Of a DNA stretch of 64,000 nt, positions 37,630 through 46,344 are shown in pieces. This DNA comes from an uncultured Treponema sp. (GTDB lineage Bacteria; Spirochaetota; Spirochaetia; Treponematales; Treponemataceae). Position 1 is the stretch's first letter. Each line of letters opens with the position of its first letter. The stretch covers positions 16,378-80,377 of the forward strand of contig CAYSDV010000009.1 in the NCBI GenBank assembly GCA_964429905.1, written 5' to 3'. The notes beneath the pieces were generated by a model. It worked only from the letters and a program-made list of their open reading frames with translations. It ran no database searches and had not been told where the DNA came from. The position numbers were made by a program, and so were the translations under genes.

Positions 37630-39135
37630 TTACAATTCATTAATATTTTTCAATTTTTCAAAAAGTTCTTCATCTCTTGTAATACTTACCAAAGATTTTA
37701 AAATATCGTCATTCGTTGACCAATAATCGGGAAAAAAACCTATCCCCTCAGCTACAGGCGAGTCTTTCATCTTAAATTGAGCCAATCTTATCGAAATTCC
37801 TGAATTTCGTAATTGATAAAAGAAAATGTTTCCATAATTAAAACACCCATATGTATTTTCACCAACTAAAATTAGTTGATTTGATTTTTCAAATAATTCT
37901 TTTGCATACGCTATAACTAGTTCAGATGAAGACGCTGTCCCTTTATCAGTAACAATAATTAAGTTTCCATTAAACTTTGATTTTATTTTTTTTCTTCTAT
38001 TTTTTTCTTTGGATAGAAATTCAATTCTTTTGTTTTTTTTATATAACTTCCTTAATTCTTCATATAATTTAATATTTTCATCATTTTCCGAATAAGTCGT
38101 TTTTTCTATTTTTTGAATAGCCTGATAAATTGCTGGAGACATTAAAAATACATTATCAAAAGAATCAAAATTTTTAATTCTAGTATCAGAAACTAAAGCA
38201 TTTAAAAATTTTGAAGGATGAGAACTATGGCCCCCTCCATTTCCTCTCAAATCAAGTATTAAATTTTGTTTATCTCTAAATTTTTTTCCTGCATTTTCAA
38301 AATCTAAAAAATATTTATCTAATTTATTTTTATAGCTAGTAAACTCCTTTGGTAAATCCATAAAAGTTCTTATACCTATATACGCAGTTGTTTTTGTTTC
38401 AATTTCTTTGTACTTTACTAAATCTTCTAAGTTCTGTTGCACTGCTACAGAATTTCTATATGTACAATTCACTTCATATTTTTTCATATCTAAATAAAAA
38501 GAGATATTTACTTCTTTAAATGAACTATCTGAAAATTTTCCAACTCTGTAAATGTTTTTTCCTTCTGAAGGATATTTAAATAAAAATTCCTTTTGAATTT
38601 TCACTGGTGCATTTATACGAAAATCAGGATTCTTTGTTTTATAAACAAAGAAATTATTATTTTTTTCTAACAAATATAAATCAGAAAAAAATACACATTG
38701 ACTTTTTACAAAATTTTTACTGAAATCTAATATATCTATAAAAAAGTGAGTATCGTTTATATATTTCGCTAAATAATTATAATAATATTCAGATATTTCT
38801 GATGTGGAAATACTTTCCCTATTTTTAAACTTATTTTCACAGTCCTTTAAAAATTTATCAGAATTAAATCCATTCAGGGACATATCATTAAACCCTGCAT
38901 AGGCAGATTCTAATAAATAAATTAAATTTCTGCAATCTTCTAAAAAATCTTCATGAGATACTTCAAACTTAAAAAATCCCTGAAAATTATATTGATCACA
39001 TAAAATATCTTTATAATCAACATTTTTTTCTGAAATTAACTTTACTTCCGCCATACAATTACCACCAATGATAATAAAAAAAAGAAGGATATTAGAAATA
39101 TCAGTAAACAAAATCTTTCTTAAGATATTTTTCAT
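37630..39135 (-). CDS. secreted S41-family (tail-specific/C-terminal processing type) peptidase
   Basis: 501 aa with a hydrophobic N-terminus. Has LILDLRGNGGGHS and IIVTDKGTASSSELVIAYAK (Ser nucleophile region). Confidence 0.65.
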   Translation of the reverse strand: MKNILRKILFTDISNILLFFIIIGGNCMAEVKLISEKNVDYKDILCDQYNFQGFFKFEVSHEDFLEDCRNLIYLLESAYAGFNDMSLNGFNSDKFLKDCENKFKNRESISTSEISEYYYNYLAKYINDTHFFIDILDFSKNFVKSQCVFFSDLYLLEKNNNFFVYKTKNPDFRINAPVKIQKEFLFKYPSEGKNIYRVGKFSDSSFKEVNISFYLDMKKYEVNCTYRNSVAVQQNLEDLVKYKEIETKTTAYIGIRTFMDLPKEFTSYKNKLDKYFLDFENAGKKFRDKQNLILDLRGNGGGHSSHPSKFLNALVSDTRIKNFDSFDNVFLMSPAIYQAIQKIEKTTYSENDENIKLYEELRKLYKKNKRIEFLSKEKNRRKKIKSKFNGNLIIVTDKGTASSSELVIAYAKELFEKSNQLILVGENTYGCFNYGNIFFYQLRNSGISIRLAQFKMKDSPVAEGIGFFPDYWSTNDDILKSLVSITRDEELFEKLKNINEL

Positions 39136-40408
39136 AATGCAACTCCAAGAAATTATTCATATTTGATTTAAAAACAGGACATTGACCATTCCCATTTTGC
39201 TTTAAATTTGGACATCCCCCCTGACAATTATATAATAGAGTGCAGTTCTTACATTTATTATCAAAAATTGCCATAGATTTAATCATGTAATCTGATTCAA
39301 TTTTTAAATTTGAAAACGACTTATCCGTTAGAGAAAGAACAGCTTTTTCTACATTACCTACATCGTCCCAGCATTTGTACATATAACCTATTGGATCAAT
39401 AACATAATTATTTAATACTTGGGCACCACAATAAAAGCAACCTTTGTTTTGTAAGTACTCATTGTGAGATGTTATTCCATACTTTTTATTCAATAATTTT
39501 ATATATTCTTTTTCATCTTCAGATTTTACTTTTATTTCTGTTTTGTCTAAACAAGAATTATAATTATCAACTATTGCATAATACACATTGAAAAAATTTC
39601 CATACTTCTTATAAAGCATATTCTTAATCTTTGGATAATCGTTTTCGTTCGTTTTATCAATATTCACACGTATACTAACATTAGGCCAGTAACCGTTGAA
39701 ATTGCAATATGTATACAACATTTCAAGATTATCCATAATTCTTCCAAAGGAATCAGGATTAGAAACATGAGGTCTTCGTCTATTATGAGTTTCTTTATCC
39801 CCATCAAGAGTAATCTGAATATTTTTTAGCCAGATAAAATCAAAATATTTAACAACTTCTTCCGTCAGTAAGTATCCGTTTGTGACTATACTTTGACTAA
39901 CATCAAATCCCGCTTCATAGGTTTCATGATTAAAATGTTTAATAAAATCTAAACACAAGAGAGGCTCACCACCATACCAATCTATTTTCAAATGTTTCAC
40001 CTTTCTTTCTTTTGCAAAATCAATAATTTTTTGTGTCAAAGACAAATCCATCATTTTTGTATTTCGAAATTTTTTCTCAAAACAATACGAACATCTAAAA
40101 TTGCAATTCATTGTTGGAGCAATTATCAAATTCATGTAATCATTTTGAGAATGCATTTTTGCCCATCTAAGCAAATATAATCTATCGAATTCATCATCTG
40201 TATATTTGGAAAGAACACCTGTCTTTTGAAACTTCGCAAGAACATCACAAGGAATATTCAATTCCTTTCCATTTTTGTAATCATCTATTGATTTCTTTAA
40301 TTCATCAGAAAGTTTAAAAAAACTGTTTGAAAGCCCTGCATATAAAAGCCAGCCGTATTTTTCACTTTTAAATAAATAGTTTCTTTTTGACCAATATAAC
40401 TTATCCAT
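39101..40408 (-). CDS. radical SAM/SPASM-domain peptide maturase
   Basis: 435 aa. APTMNCNFRCSYCFE is the CX3CX2C motif. C-terminal SPASM cysteines are CFYCGAQ...YKCWDD...CKNCTLLYNCQGGCPN. Confidence 0.85.
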   Translation of the reverse strand: MDKLYWSKRNYLFKSEKYGWLLYAGLSNSFFKLSDELKKSIDDYKNGKELNIPCDVLAKFQKTGVLSKYTDDEFDRLYLLRWAKMHSQNDYMNLIIAPTMNCNFRCSYCFEKKFRNTKMMDLSLTQKIIDFAKERKVKHLKIDWYGGEPLLCLDFIKHFNHETYEAGFDVSQSIVTNGYLLTEEVVKYFDFIWLKNIQITLDGDKETHNRRRPHVSNPDSFGRIMDNLEMLYTYCNFNGYWPNVSIRVNIDKTNENDYPKIKNMLYKKYGNFFNVYYAIVDNYNSCLDKTEIKVKSEDEKEYIKLLNKKYGITSHNEYLQNKGCFYCGAQVLNNYVIDPIGYMYKCWDDVGNVEKAVLSLTDKSFSNLKIESDYMIKSMAIFDNKCKNCTLLYNCQGGCPNLKQNGNGQCPVFKSNMNNFLELHYEKYLKKDFVY

Positions 40409-41885
40409 TTTTTGTTCCGTTTTTTATATTAAAAATTTCAAAAATATTTTCCTTATTAGCCGCAACTATCAATCCACAATCTGATTTGTAATAATCAATT
40501 CCTGAATATATAGGCTTTCCAACAATTATTTTTTCATAATTTTTTTCTAAATCTATTTTTTCATTAATTTTATCTAGTTTTACAGGAATTTCTGATAAAG
40601 ATATATTTTTTAGCGTTCCTTTAAAATACGGCCATCTTTCATTCTTTTTCTTAAAAGATTCATCTGCCAATGGACATAAATTTAAAATTTCCCTTTTCAT
40701 TTCCTGATATTTTTTTGAAATAAATCTATTTGCTTTTAATTCTGAAATAATTTTTTCATAAACTGCGTATCTAATACATGGATAGATAAGGTTATCAATA
40801 AAATGGAACAGAAATGACATACCTATGTATTCTCGCATTGCCATATTGCTAGAGAGAGTTGTTCTGCTTTCTCCAATATTGCAATATTCAAACCATTCTT
40901 TTGTGTGTAAAAATGGAAAACGAGCTCTGTCAAAGGATGTAATGTCAAAATCTCTGTAATAAAATTTTCCTGTCGGCAAATATGATTCATCTAATTCAAG
41001 CATCATGTTTTGGCAATGATTTTCCAAAACAATGCCGTGTTCAGTAAATAATTTTAGAAGAATGTTTTTTATTGGACAAAAAATATATGCCTCTATAAAT
41101 TTCAAATAACTTAGTTCAGAAGCTTTCCATGCTTTGTAAATGTAACTTTGCTTTAATAAAACCGGGCTTGAAAATGATGCAACAGAACAAACCTTATTGC
41201 AAGCATTGCTATAAAACTCTTCAGGTATTTTTCTTATCACATTTGCCAGGGTTTTAATTCTTCTGTCACCAATCAATACTCTAAATCGATTAGAAAGGAA
41301 CAATGCTCTGTCAGCCGTTATTCCAAATGCAGCAATATCTTCAAAAAAATTCAAATTATCTATATTATCTACACATTTGCAAACAATTTGACTTGAGCCA
41401 TATTGTCCTAAAGCACTGCTCCAGTCTATGTGTCGAGCACCATTTGCAACATTGTCAAAAAGGGTGACTTTCGCAATAAATTTTACATTCGTTTTTAAGT
41501 TAGTAACAAGTAATGAGCGATATGAGGAAGTTGGTGTAGCGATATAAATACTGTCGTTTTCATCTATAAATTCATATTTTCCATTAATCCAAGATTTAAA
41601 AAAATCTGCAGTTTCGGGATGAACAAAAAAAGGATAATATATTTCTTCATTCTTTGATAAAAACAGGTTTTCATCAAAGAATTTCTTTTCTTCTTCCCTA
41701 TAAAGGATAAAATCATTATCAGTTGGAACTAAAAAATAAGGAAGCGCAAATATTTTTTGATTTTCAGGAAGAAAGTCAGGCTTTAAATTCATTTTAAATG
41801 AATTTTCACGCTCTGTACCTTTATATAAATCATAATTATTTAATGTTTGTTCTGCAAATATGAAATCTTGTAATATGCAACTCAT
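40401..41885 (-). CDS. IucA/IucC-like (NIS-synthetase-like) protein, function unknown
   Basis: I prefer the start MSCILQDF (M21 of the track ORF 40401..41945), which matches the start of paralog 47859..48458. Motifs are YPFFVHPETADFF, ATPTSSYRSLLV and LENHCQNMMLELDE..GKFYYRDFD. It overlaps the rSAM gene by 8 nt. Confidence 0.45.
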   Translation of the reverse strand: MSCILQDFIFAEQTLNNYDLYKGTERENSFKMNLKPDFLPENQKIFALPYFLVPTDNDFILYREEEKKFFDENLFLSKNEEIYYPFFVHPETADFFKSWINGKYEFIDENDSIYIATPTSSYRSLLVTNLKTNVKFIAKVTLFDNVANGARHIDWSSALGQYGSSQIVCKCVDNIDNLNFFEDIAAFGITADRALFLSNRFRVLIGDRRIKTLANVIRKIPEEFYSNACNKVCSVASFSSPVLLKQSYIYKAWKASELSYLKFIEAYIFCPIKNILLKLFTEHGIVLENHCQNMMLELDESYLPTGKFYYRDFDITSFDRARFPFLHTKEWFEYCNIGESRTTLSSNMAMREYIGMSFLFHFIDNLIYPCIRYAVYEKIISELKANRFISKKYQEMKREILNLCPLADESFKKKNERWPYFKGTLKNISLSEIPVKLDKINEKIDLEKNYEKIIVGKPIYSGIDYYKSDCGLIVAANKENIFEIFNIKNGTKNG

Positions 41886-41905
41886 AAACTCACCAATATT
41901 TGAAT
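41668..41905. repeat. ~240-bp near-identical direct repeat, copy 1 (partner 48241-48479)
   Basis: Aligned by eye with one mismatch and one 1-nt indel. It covers the 5' end and upstream leader of the IucA/IucC-like gene. Confidence 0.85.
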
Positions 41906-41908
41906 ATA

Positions 41909-42190
41909 TCATATAAAATGTATATATGCAAGCAAGCATATGCAAGCAAGCATTGCAAAATTATTTGGAAACTTTAGCGAAAAAATCTGTTCGTTACCTT
42001 TTGCGGCTTTTGCGTTCAGATTTAGATTCTTTGCCGCTTCAAGCATTCCTTTTAAAGATGTTCCTTGCCTGTCTGTACCAGCTGCTTCCCGAATTTTTAT
42101 AATTGAAAGATGACTGCCAAAGTGTGTTGCTATCATTGCAAGACAAGCGGCTCCGCAATCTGTTTCATCGAATTGTTTTATGAATTTCAT
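41909..42190 (-). pseudogene. truncated C39-ABC exporter (N-terminal ~75 aa only)
   Basis: MKFIKQFDETDCGAACLAMIATHFGSHLSIIKIREAAGTDRQGTSLKGMLEAAKNLNLNAKAAKGNEQIFSLKFP parallels residues 1-75 of 35101..37230, then diverges. The junction carries a duplicated TGCAAGCAAGCAT. Confidence 0.8.
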
Positions 42191-43035
42191 TTAATTATTT
42201 GTTTAATTTTAAAATTACAGTTTGCCATATGAAAATTTGTATCTTTTAAATCGATTCCTTCCATCAATTTAATATGATTTGATGTTATTCCTATTATTCC
42301 TGCTTGAGGGTCTACTGCTACCCACCCATTATTATTATCATAAAATTCAGCCCAGGCATGAAAAGAAACCTGTTGCGAAGAATAATATAGACCTGTCACA
42401 AATTTACATGGAATTCCTCTCAATCTCATTAATGCAATAAACAAATTTGTATATTCGCCACAAGTTCCTTTTTTATTTTCTAATACCCAAGAAGCAGATT
42501 TTCCATAATTTAAACCCGAACCTATTTCTTCTGCAAGTTTACGATCGTATTTTATAACAGCAACAAGGAAATTTAATATTGCTTTTGCACTCTGAAATTC
42601 TGATAATGTTGAAAACTGTAATTTATTATATATAAACTTTATATTTTCTGCATTATAGTCTATTAAATCAGAACTTTGTAAATATTTTTTTTCTTTATCA
42701 GAAAAACTATTTTTTACATATGTACTACCTTCATTATCAGTGTTACAACTCCTTGAATTATATTTATTCATTGTTCCATGTGTTTTTAATTTTATAATTG
42801 ATTTATTCTTTTTGCTTTTTATATCTATTACTGTTTGTGGATATGAATTCAAAACTAAATAATCAAATTGATTAATTTCCAATTTATAATACTTTTCTTT
42901 ATTTAAATCTGACAGAGATTGTGCATAAACAACTAAAGTCGATGAAAACAACAAAAAAATCAAAATTTTGTAAAATTTCTTTTTAATAAACAAATATTTG
43001 CTCCTTTTTCTGAATTTTTTCATAAGTTTTTTCAA
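42187..43035 (-). CDS. secreted transglutaminase-like (Cys-His-Asp) protein
   Basis: 282 aa with a signal-like N-terminus. Has KKGTCGEYTNLFIALMRLRGIP...FHAWAEFYDNNNGWVAVDP. Confidence 0.65.
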   Translation of the reverse strand: MKKLMKKFRKRSKYLFIKKKFYKILIFLLFSSTLVVYAQSLSDLNKEKYYKLEINQFDYLVLNSYPQTVIDIKSKKNKSIIKLKTHGTMNKYNSRSCNTDNEGSTYVKNSFSDKEKKYLQSSDLIDYNAENIKFIYNKLQFSTLSEFQSAKAILNFLVAVIKYDRKLAEEIGSGLNYGKSASWVLENKKGTCGEYTNLFIALMRLRGIPCKFVTGLYYSSQQVSFHAWAEFYDNNNGWVAVDPQAGIIGITSNHIKLMEGIDLKDTNFHMANCNFKIKQIIK

Positions 43036-44296
43036 GATATTCTTTTATATTTTCTTTTATAATAGGACATTTTCGTTTATTTTCAATTGCTTCATAAGGA
43101 CAGCCACCTTGACAACTAAACATCAAAAAGCAATTTTTACATTTTTCATTAAAAATAACTTGCTGATTAATAATAAAATCAGCTTCTCTTTTTAAATTAA
43201 CTTTTTTACCATCCGCCAAGGAATAAATAGCTTTATCTTTATAACCAATATCATTGTAACATTTATACATATACCCATCAGAATCTATTACATAATGATC
43301 AATAAATTGAGCCTGACAATATCCAACACCACACTGTTTTGGATAAAAATTCTCAGAATGTAGATTATATTTTGAATTAAGTAATTGATAAAATTCTTGT
43401 TCATCTTTCCTATTAAAAGAATCCTCAGCCTGACTAAGACATGAATTATAATTTTTCACAATCCCATAATATACGTAGAAAAAATCACCATACCTTTCTT
43501 CAAAATAGTTTTTGATAAAAGGATAATCTTCCTCATTTGTTTTATCAACATTTACACGAATTGATACGAATATATCATAATTTTTTGTTTTACAAAAATT
43601 ATATAAAAGATCAATATTATCCAAAATATGAGAAAATGAATCTGGATCAGAAACATGTGGTCGCCGTTTATTATGAATTTCTTTTCGCCCATCCAATGTT
43701 ATCTGAAGTCCTTTGAGTCCAATCTTTTGAAAAAACTCTAATACTTCTTCTGTTATTAAATAGCCATTTGTAATCATAACTTGTTTTAACTCAATTTTAT
43801 TTTCTTCAGCTAAAGAATTAAAATACTTTATATGCTCCAATGCTAATAATGGTTCTCCACCATACCATTCAACTCTAATCTTATTTTTGTAATTAGATTT
43901 TGCAAACTTTATAAGCTTTTCTAAAACTGTTTTTTCCATAACACGCTTATTAAACGCATTCTTTTCGTAACAATAAGAACATCGAAAATTACAATTCAAT
44001 GTCGGTGCAATAGTAAAATTTATAGTATCCTGATTTTTTTGAACTTTTAACCAATTCAATTTATATAGCTCATCAAATTCTTCATCGGTATAATTTGATA
44101 ATATTCCAGCCTTGTAAAATGATTCTATTACATCTTGCGGCAAATCACAAATGCCTATTAAATACTCATCAATTTGATTCTTCATTTTTTCGGATAAAGA
44201 AAAAAAACTATTTGAAAGCCCTGAATAAAGCAACCATCCATATTTTTCGGATTTAAATATAAAATTCCGCTTTGACCAATATAATTTTTTTTTCAT
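42983..44296 (-). CDS. radical SAM/SPASM-domain peptide maturase (paralog 2)
   Basis: 437 aa. Has APTLNCNFRCSYCYE and C-terminal CQAQ...YKCYND...CKNCFLMFSCQGGCPY. Confidence 0.85.
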   Translation of the reverse strand: MKKKLYWSKRNFIFKSEKYGWLLYSGLSNSFFSLSEKMKNQIDEYLIGICDLPQDVIESFYKAGILSNYTDEEFDELYKLNWLKVQKNQDTINFTIAPTLNCNFRCSYCYEKNAFNKRVMEKTVLEKLIKFAKSNYKNKIRVEWYGGEPLLALEHIKYFNSLAEENKIELKQVMITNGYLITEEVLEFFQKIGLKGLQITLDGRKEIHNKRRPHVSDPDSFSHILDNIDLLYNFCKTKNYDIFVSIRVNVDKTNEEDYPFIKNYFEERYGDFFYVYYGIVKNYNSCLSQAEDSFNRKDEQEFYQLLNSKYNLHSENFYPKQCGVGYCQAQFIDHYVIDSDGYMYKCYNDIGYKDKAIYSLADGKKVNLKREADFIINQQVIFNEKCKNCFLMFSCQGGCPYEAIENKRKCPIIKENIKEYLEKTYEKIQKKEQIFVY

Positions 44297-44298
44297 TT

Positions 44299-45747
44299 TT
44301 ATTCCTTTTGTATTATTTGAACTAAAATATCATTTTGAAAACATAAAACATCATCTTGTTGTGTTTTATAATAATCAAAATTTATGTTATTATCTTTTTT
44401 CCAAACTTGAATCTTTTTAGAATAATTTTCCATAATAAAATTATTAATTTTTTGTAATTCAACAGGTATTTCTGTTTTATGTATTTTTGAAAACATTTCT
44501 TTTCCAAAACAATAATATTTCTCATCGTAAAATTGTACATCCGACATTAATTCTTTAATTTTACTTCTAATTTTGCCTCCCATCTTCTCATATATTTCAT
44601 TCATTTCATTTTTTGTAATTATGTTATTTTTCTCTGCAGAGATTAAACATGGTCGAATCAAATTATCTAAAAAATGATTAAACAAATTAATGCCAATATC
44701 TTCCCTTGCACTTGTATTAGCATAAAGAGTTGTTCTATCTGGTCTATTTTTTATATAACTATTCCACAGGTTAGGAAAAATAAATGGAAATCGGGCTCTA
44801 TCTAACGCAATTAAATCAAAATCTCTATAAAAAAACTTCCCCGTAGGGATATTTTTTTCATTTATTTCCAATAATGTATTTTGACAATGAAATTCTAAAG
44901 AAACCCCTGTCTTTACAAGCAAGTCAATAATTATCTGAAAAAGAGGATTAAATACATTATTTTCAAAAAAAATCTGAAATATTTCTCCACTGTTTTTATA
45001 ACCAATAGATAATAAAGAATCTTTATCTACAAGACTCATATACGATGCAAAACTTAAACATTTACTTTCACTATTAAAAAAATCATTCGGTATCAATCGA
45101 ATGACATTTCCAAGTGTTGAAATATATCGACTCCCAAATTTTATCTTAAATCTATTTGAAAGAATCATAGGAAATTCACCACTTATTCCAAAGGCTCCAA
45201 TATCCTTAAACACTTCTAGATTTAAATTTGATAAAACATCCGTCACAATTTTTGATTGTTCATATTGACCAGAAGCCGATTTCCAATCTATATGACGAGA
45301 ACCATTTGCGATGTTATCAAAAATAGAACATTTTACCATAAAGTATTTATCTGTATTTTCATTACGAACAATAAGCGAACGGTACGAAGAACTCGGTGTT
45401 GCAATATATTCACTATTTTCAGAACCAATAAATTTATATTTATTATTTATCCAAGACAAAAACATCTTTTCCGTAGCTGGATGTATAAAAAATGGATAAC
45501 ATTTTTGATTTTTAAAATTATGTTTTAAGTTCTCTTCAAAAAAATCAGAGTAATCTTTTTCGAATATAAACTTATCTTGCTCAATAGGTATTATAAAATA
45601 TGGTAATTTAAAAGATTCTTGATTTTCAGGCTTGTATTCATCTGCAATATTTATATAAAAAAAATCTTTCCATTCTTTTGACTCATAAAGATTATAATTA
45701 TTTAACCTTTGTTCACATTCTACAAATAAACTTAACTTTTTATTCAT
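44299..45747 (-). CDS. IucA/IucC-like (NIS-synthetase-like) protein, paralog 2
   Basis: 482 aa. Motifs are YPFFIHPATEKMF, ATPSSSYRSLIV and LEFHCQNTLLEINE..GKFFYRDFD. It ends 2 nt before the rSAM start. Confidence 0.45.
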   Translation of the reverse strand: MNKKLSLFVECEQRLNNYNLYESKEWKDFFYINIADEYKPENQESFKLPYFIIPIEQDKFIFEKDYSDFFEENLKHNFKNQKCYPFFIHPATEKMFLSWINNKYKFIGSENSEYIATPSSSYRSLIVRNENTDKYFMVKCSIFDNIANGSRHIDWKSASGQYEQSKIVTDVLSNLNLEVFKDIGAFGISGEFPMILSNRFKIKFGSRYISTLGNVIRLIPNDFFNSESKCLSFASYMSLVDKDSLLSIGYKNSGEIFQIFFENNVFNPLFQIIIDLLVKTGVSLEFHCQNTLLEINEKNIPTGKFFYRDFDLIALDRARFPFIFPNLWNSYIKNRPDRTTLYANTSAREDIGINLFNHFLDNLIRPCLISAEKNNIITKNEMNEIYEKMGGKIRSKIKELMSDVQFYDEKYYCFGKEMFSKIHKTEIPVELQKINNFIMENYSKKIQVWKKDNNINFDYYKTQQDDVLCFQNDILVQIIQKE

Positions 45748-45760
45748 TCAATTTCCTTAA

Positions 45761-45785
45761 GTGCTCAAAGAAATTCTTTGAGCAC
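45761..45785 (-). terminator. perfect 10-bp stem-loop between precursor 2 and the modification genes (attenuator or processing-site candidate)
   Basis: GTGCTCAAAG-aaatt-CTTTGAGCAC, 11 nt after the precursor stop. Confidence 0.45.
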
Positions 45786-45796
45786 TTTTTTCATTA

Positions 45797-45958
45797 TCAG
45801 CCTCCTGCAGTTGCAAAACAATAACAACCACCACCAGGAACACCACCGGTATAACAAGAACCACCAGATATGTCATTAAGTTCTGAATTTGAATTAACTT
45901 CTTCTAGTCCAAAAACATTCAAACTTCCAGCCTTTAATAAAAACACTTCTGAATCCAT
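45797..45958 (-). CDS. double-glycine precursor peptide 2 (53 aa, not in the ORF track)
   Basis: Hand translation gives MDSEVFLLKAGSLNVFGLEEVNSNSELNDISGG / SCYTGGVPGGGCYCFATAGG. SD is AAGGAGG, 7 nt upstream of the ATG. The leader is similar to that of precursor 1. Confidence 0.7.
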   Translation of the reverse strand: MDSEVFLLKAGSLNVFGLEEVNSNSELNDISGGSCYTGGVPGGGCYCFATAGG

Positions 45959-45984
45959 AAAAATGTCCTCCTTATATATTAAGA

Positions 45985-46016
45985 ACTTTTTTCAAATCCA
46001 AAAATTTGAAAAAAGT
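45985..46016. promoter_or_regulatory. 13-bp perfect inverted repeat in the precursor-2 leader (operator or 5'-UTR hairpin)
   Basis: ACTTTTTTCAAAT-ccaaaa-ATTTGAAAAAAGT. Confidence 0.45.
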
Positions 46017-46028
46017 ATTTTTAAGATT

Positions 46029-46058
46029 ATTCTACTATATATATATATATATATTGTC
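46029..46058 (-). promoter_or_regulatory. sigma-70-type promoter for precursor 2 with a (TA)8 spacer
   Basis: The minus strand reads TTGACA-ATATATATATATATATAG-TAGAAT (18-nt spacer). The TA run is at 46036-46052. Confidence 0.5.
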
Positions 46059-46092
46059 AATAAGTTTTTAATAAAAAAATAAAAAAAATAAA

Positions 46093-46131
46093 TCAATAAA
46101 AATTTCCATCAAATTGTTTTATCAGTTTCAT
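46093..46131 (-). pseudogene. 12-codon remnant of a C39-ABC exporter start
   Basis: MKLIKQFDGNFY* can be compared with MKLIKQFDETDCG of 35101..37230. Confidence 0.6.
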
Positions 46132-46139
46132 AATTATTC

Positions 46140-46259
46140 CTAAAGCAGCCGCTCACCAATTTTGGCTAGCTTTTCTTTCATGGCTTCGTCGTTTGTTACA
46201 AGAAAAATTGTTTCATTCAAGTCTTCGCCGGTTGACACTGTTCTTAATGCGTTAGGCAT
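46140..46259 (-). CDS. precursor-like small ORF 3 (39 aa, no GG site; probably degenerate)
   Basis: MPNALRTVSTGEDLNETIFLVTNDEAMKEKLAKIGERLL. It occupies the same position as precursor 1, after an S41 gene and before an exporter start. The upstream intergenic is conserved (TTTAATTCCATACGGAA.TAA.T.AAAGCTGATCAGGCTT). The N-terminus resembles MFGLLKTVEDHN. Confidence 0.3.
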   Translation of the reverse strand: MPNALRTVSTGEDLNETIFLVTNDEAMKEKLAKIGERLL

Positions 46260-46344
46260 TTTTAAGTTCCTTTTTGTTTTTGCGCAAAAACCGTTAATAT
46301 TTTAATTCCATACGGAATTAACTCAAAGCTGATCAGGCTTTTTA

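Noticed and set aside
41886-41945. 20-aa N-terminal extension (MHMLACIYTFYMIYSNIGEF) of the IucA/IucC-like ORF.
   Set aside because: The paralog at 47859..48458 begins exactly at MSCILQDF with an identical upstream leader. The extension runs into the deletion-junction sequence.
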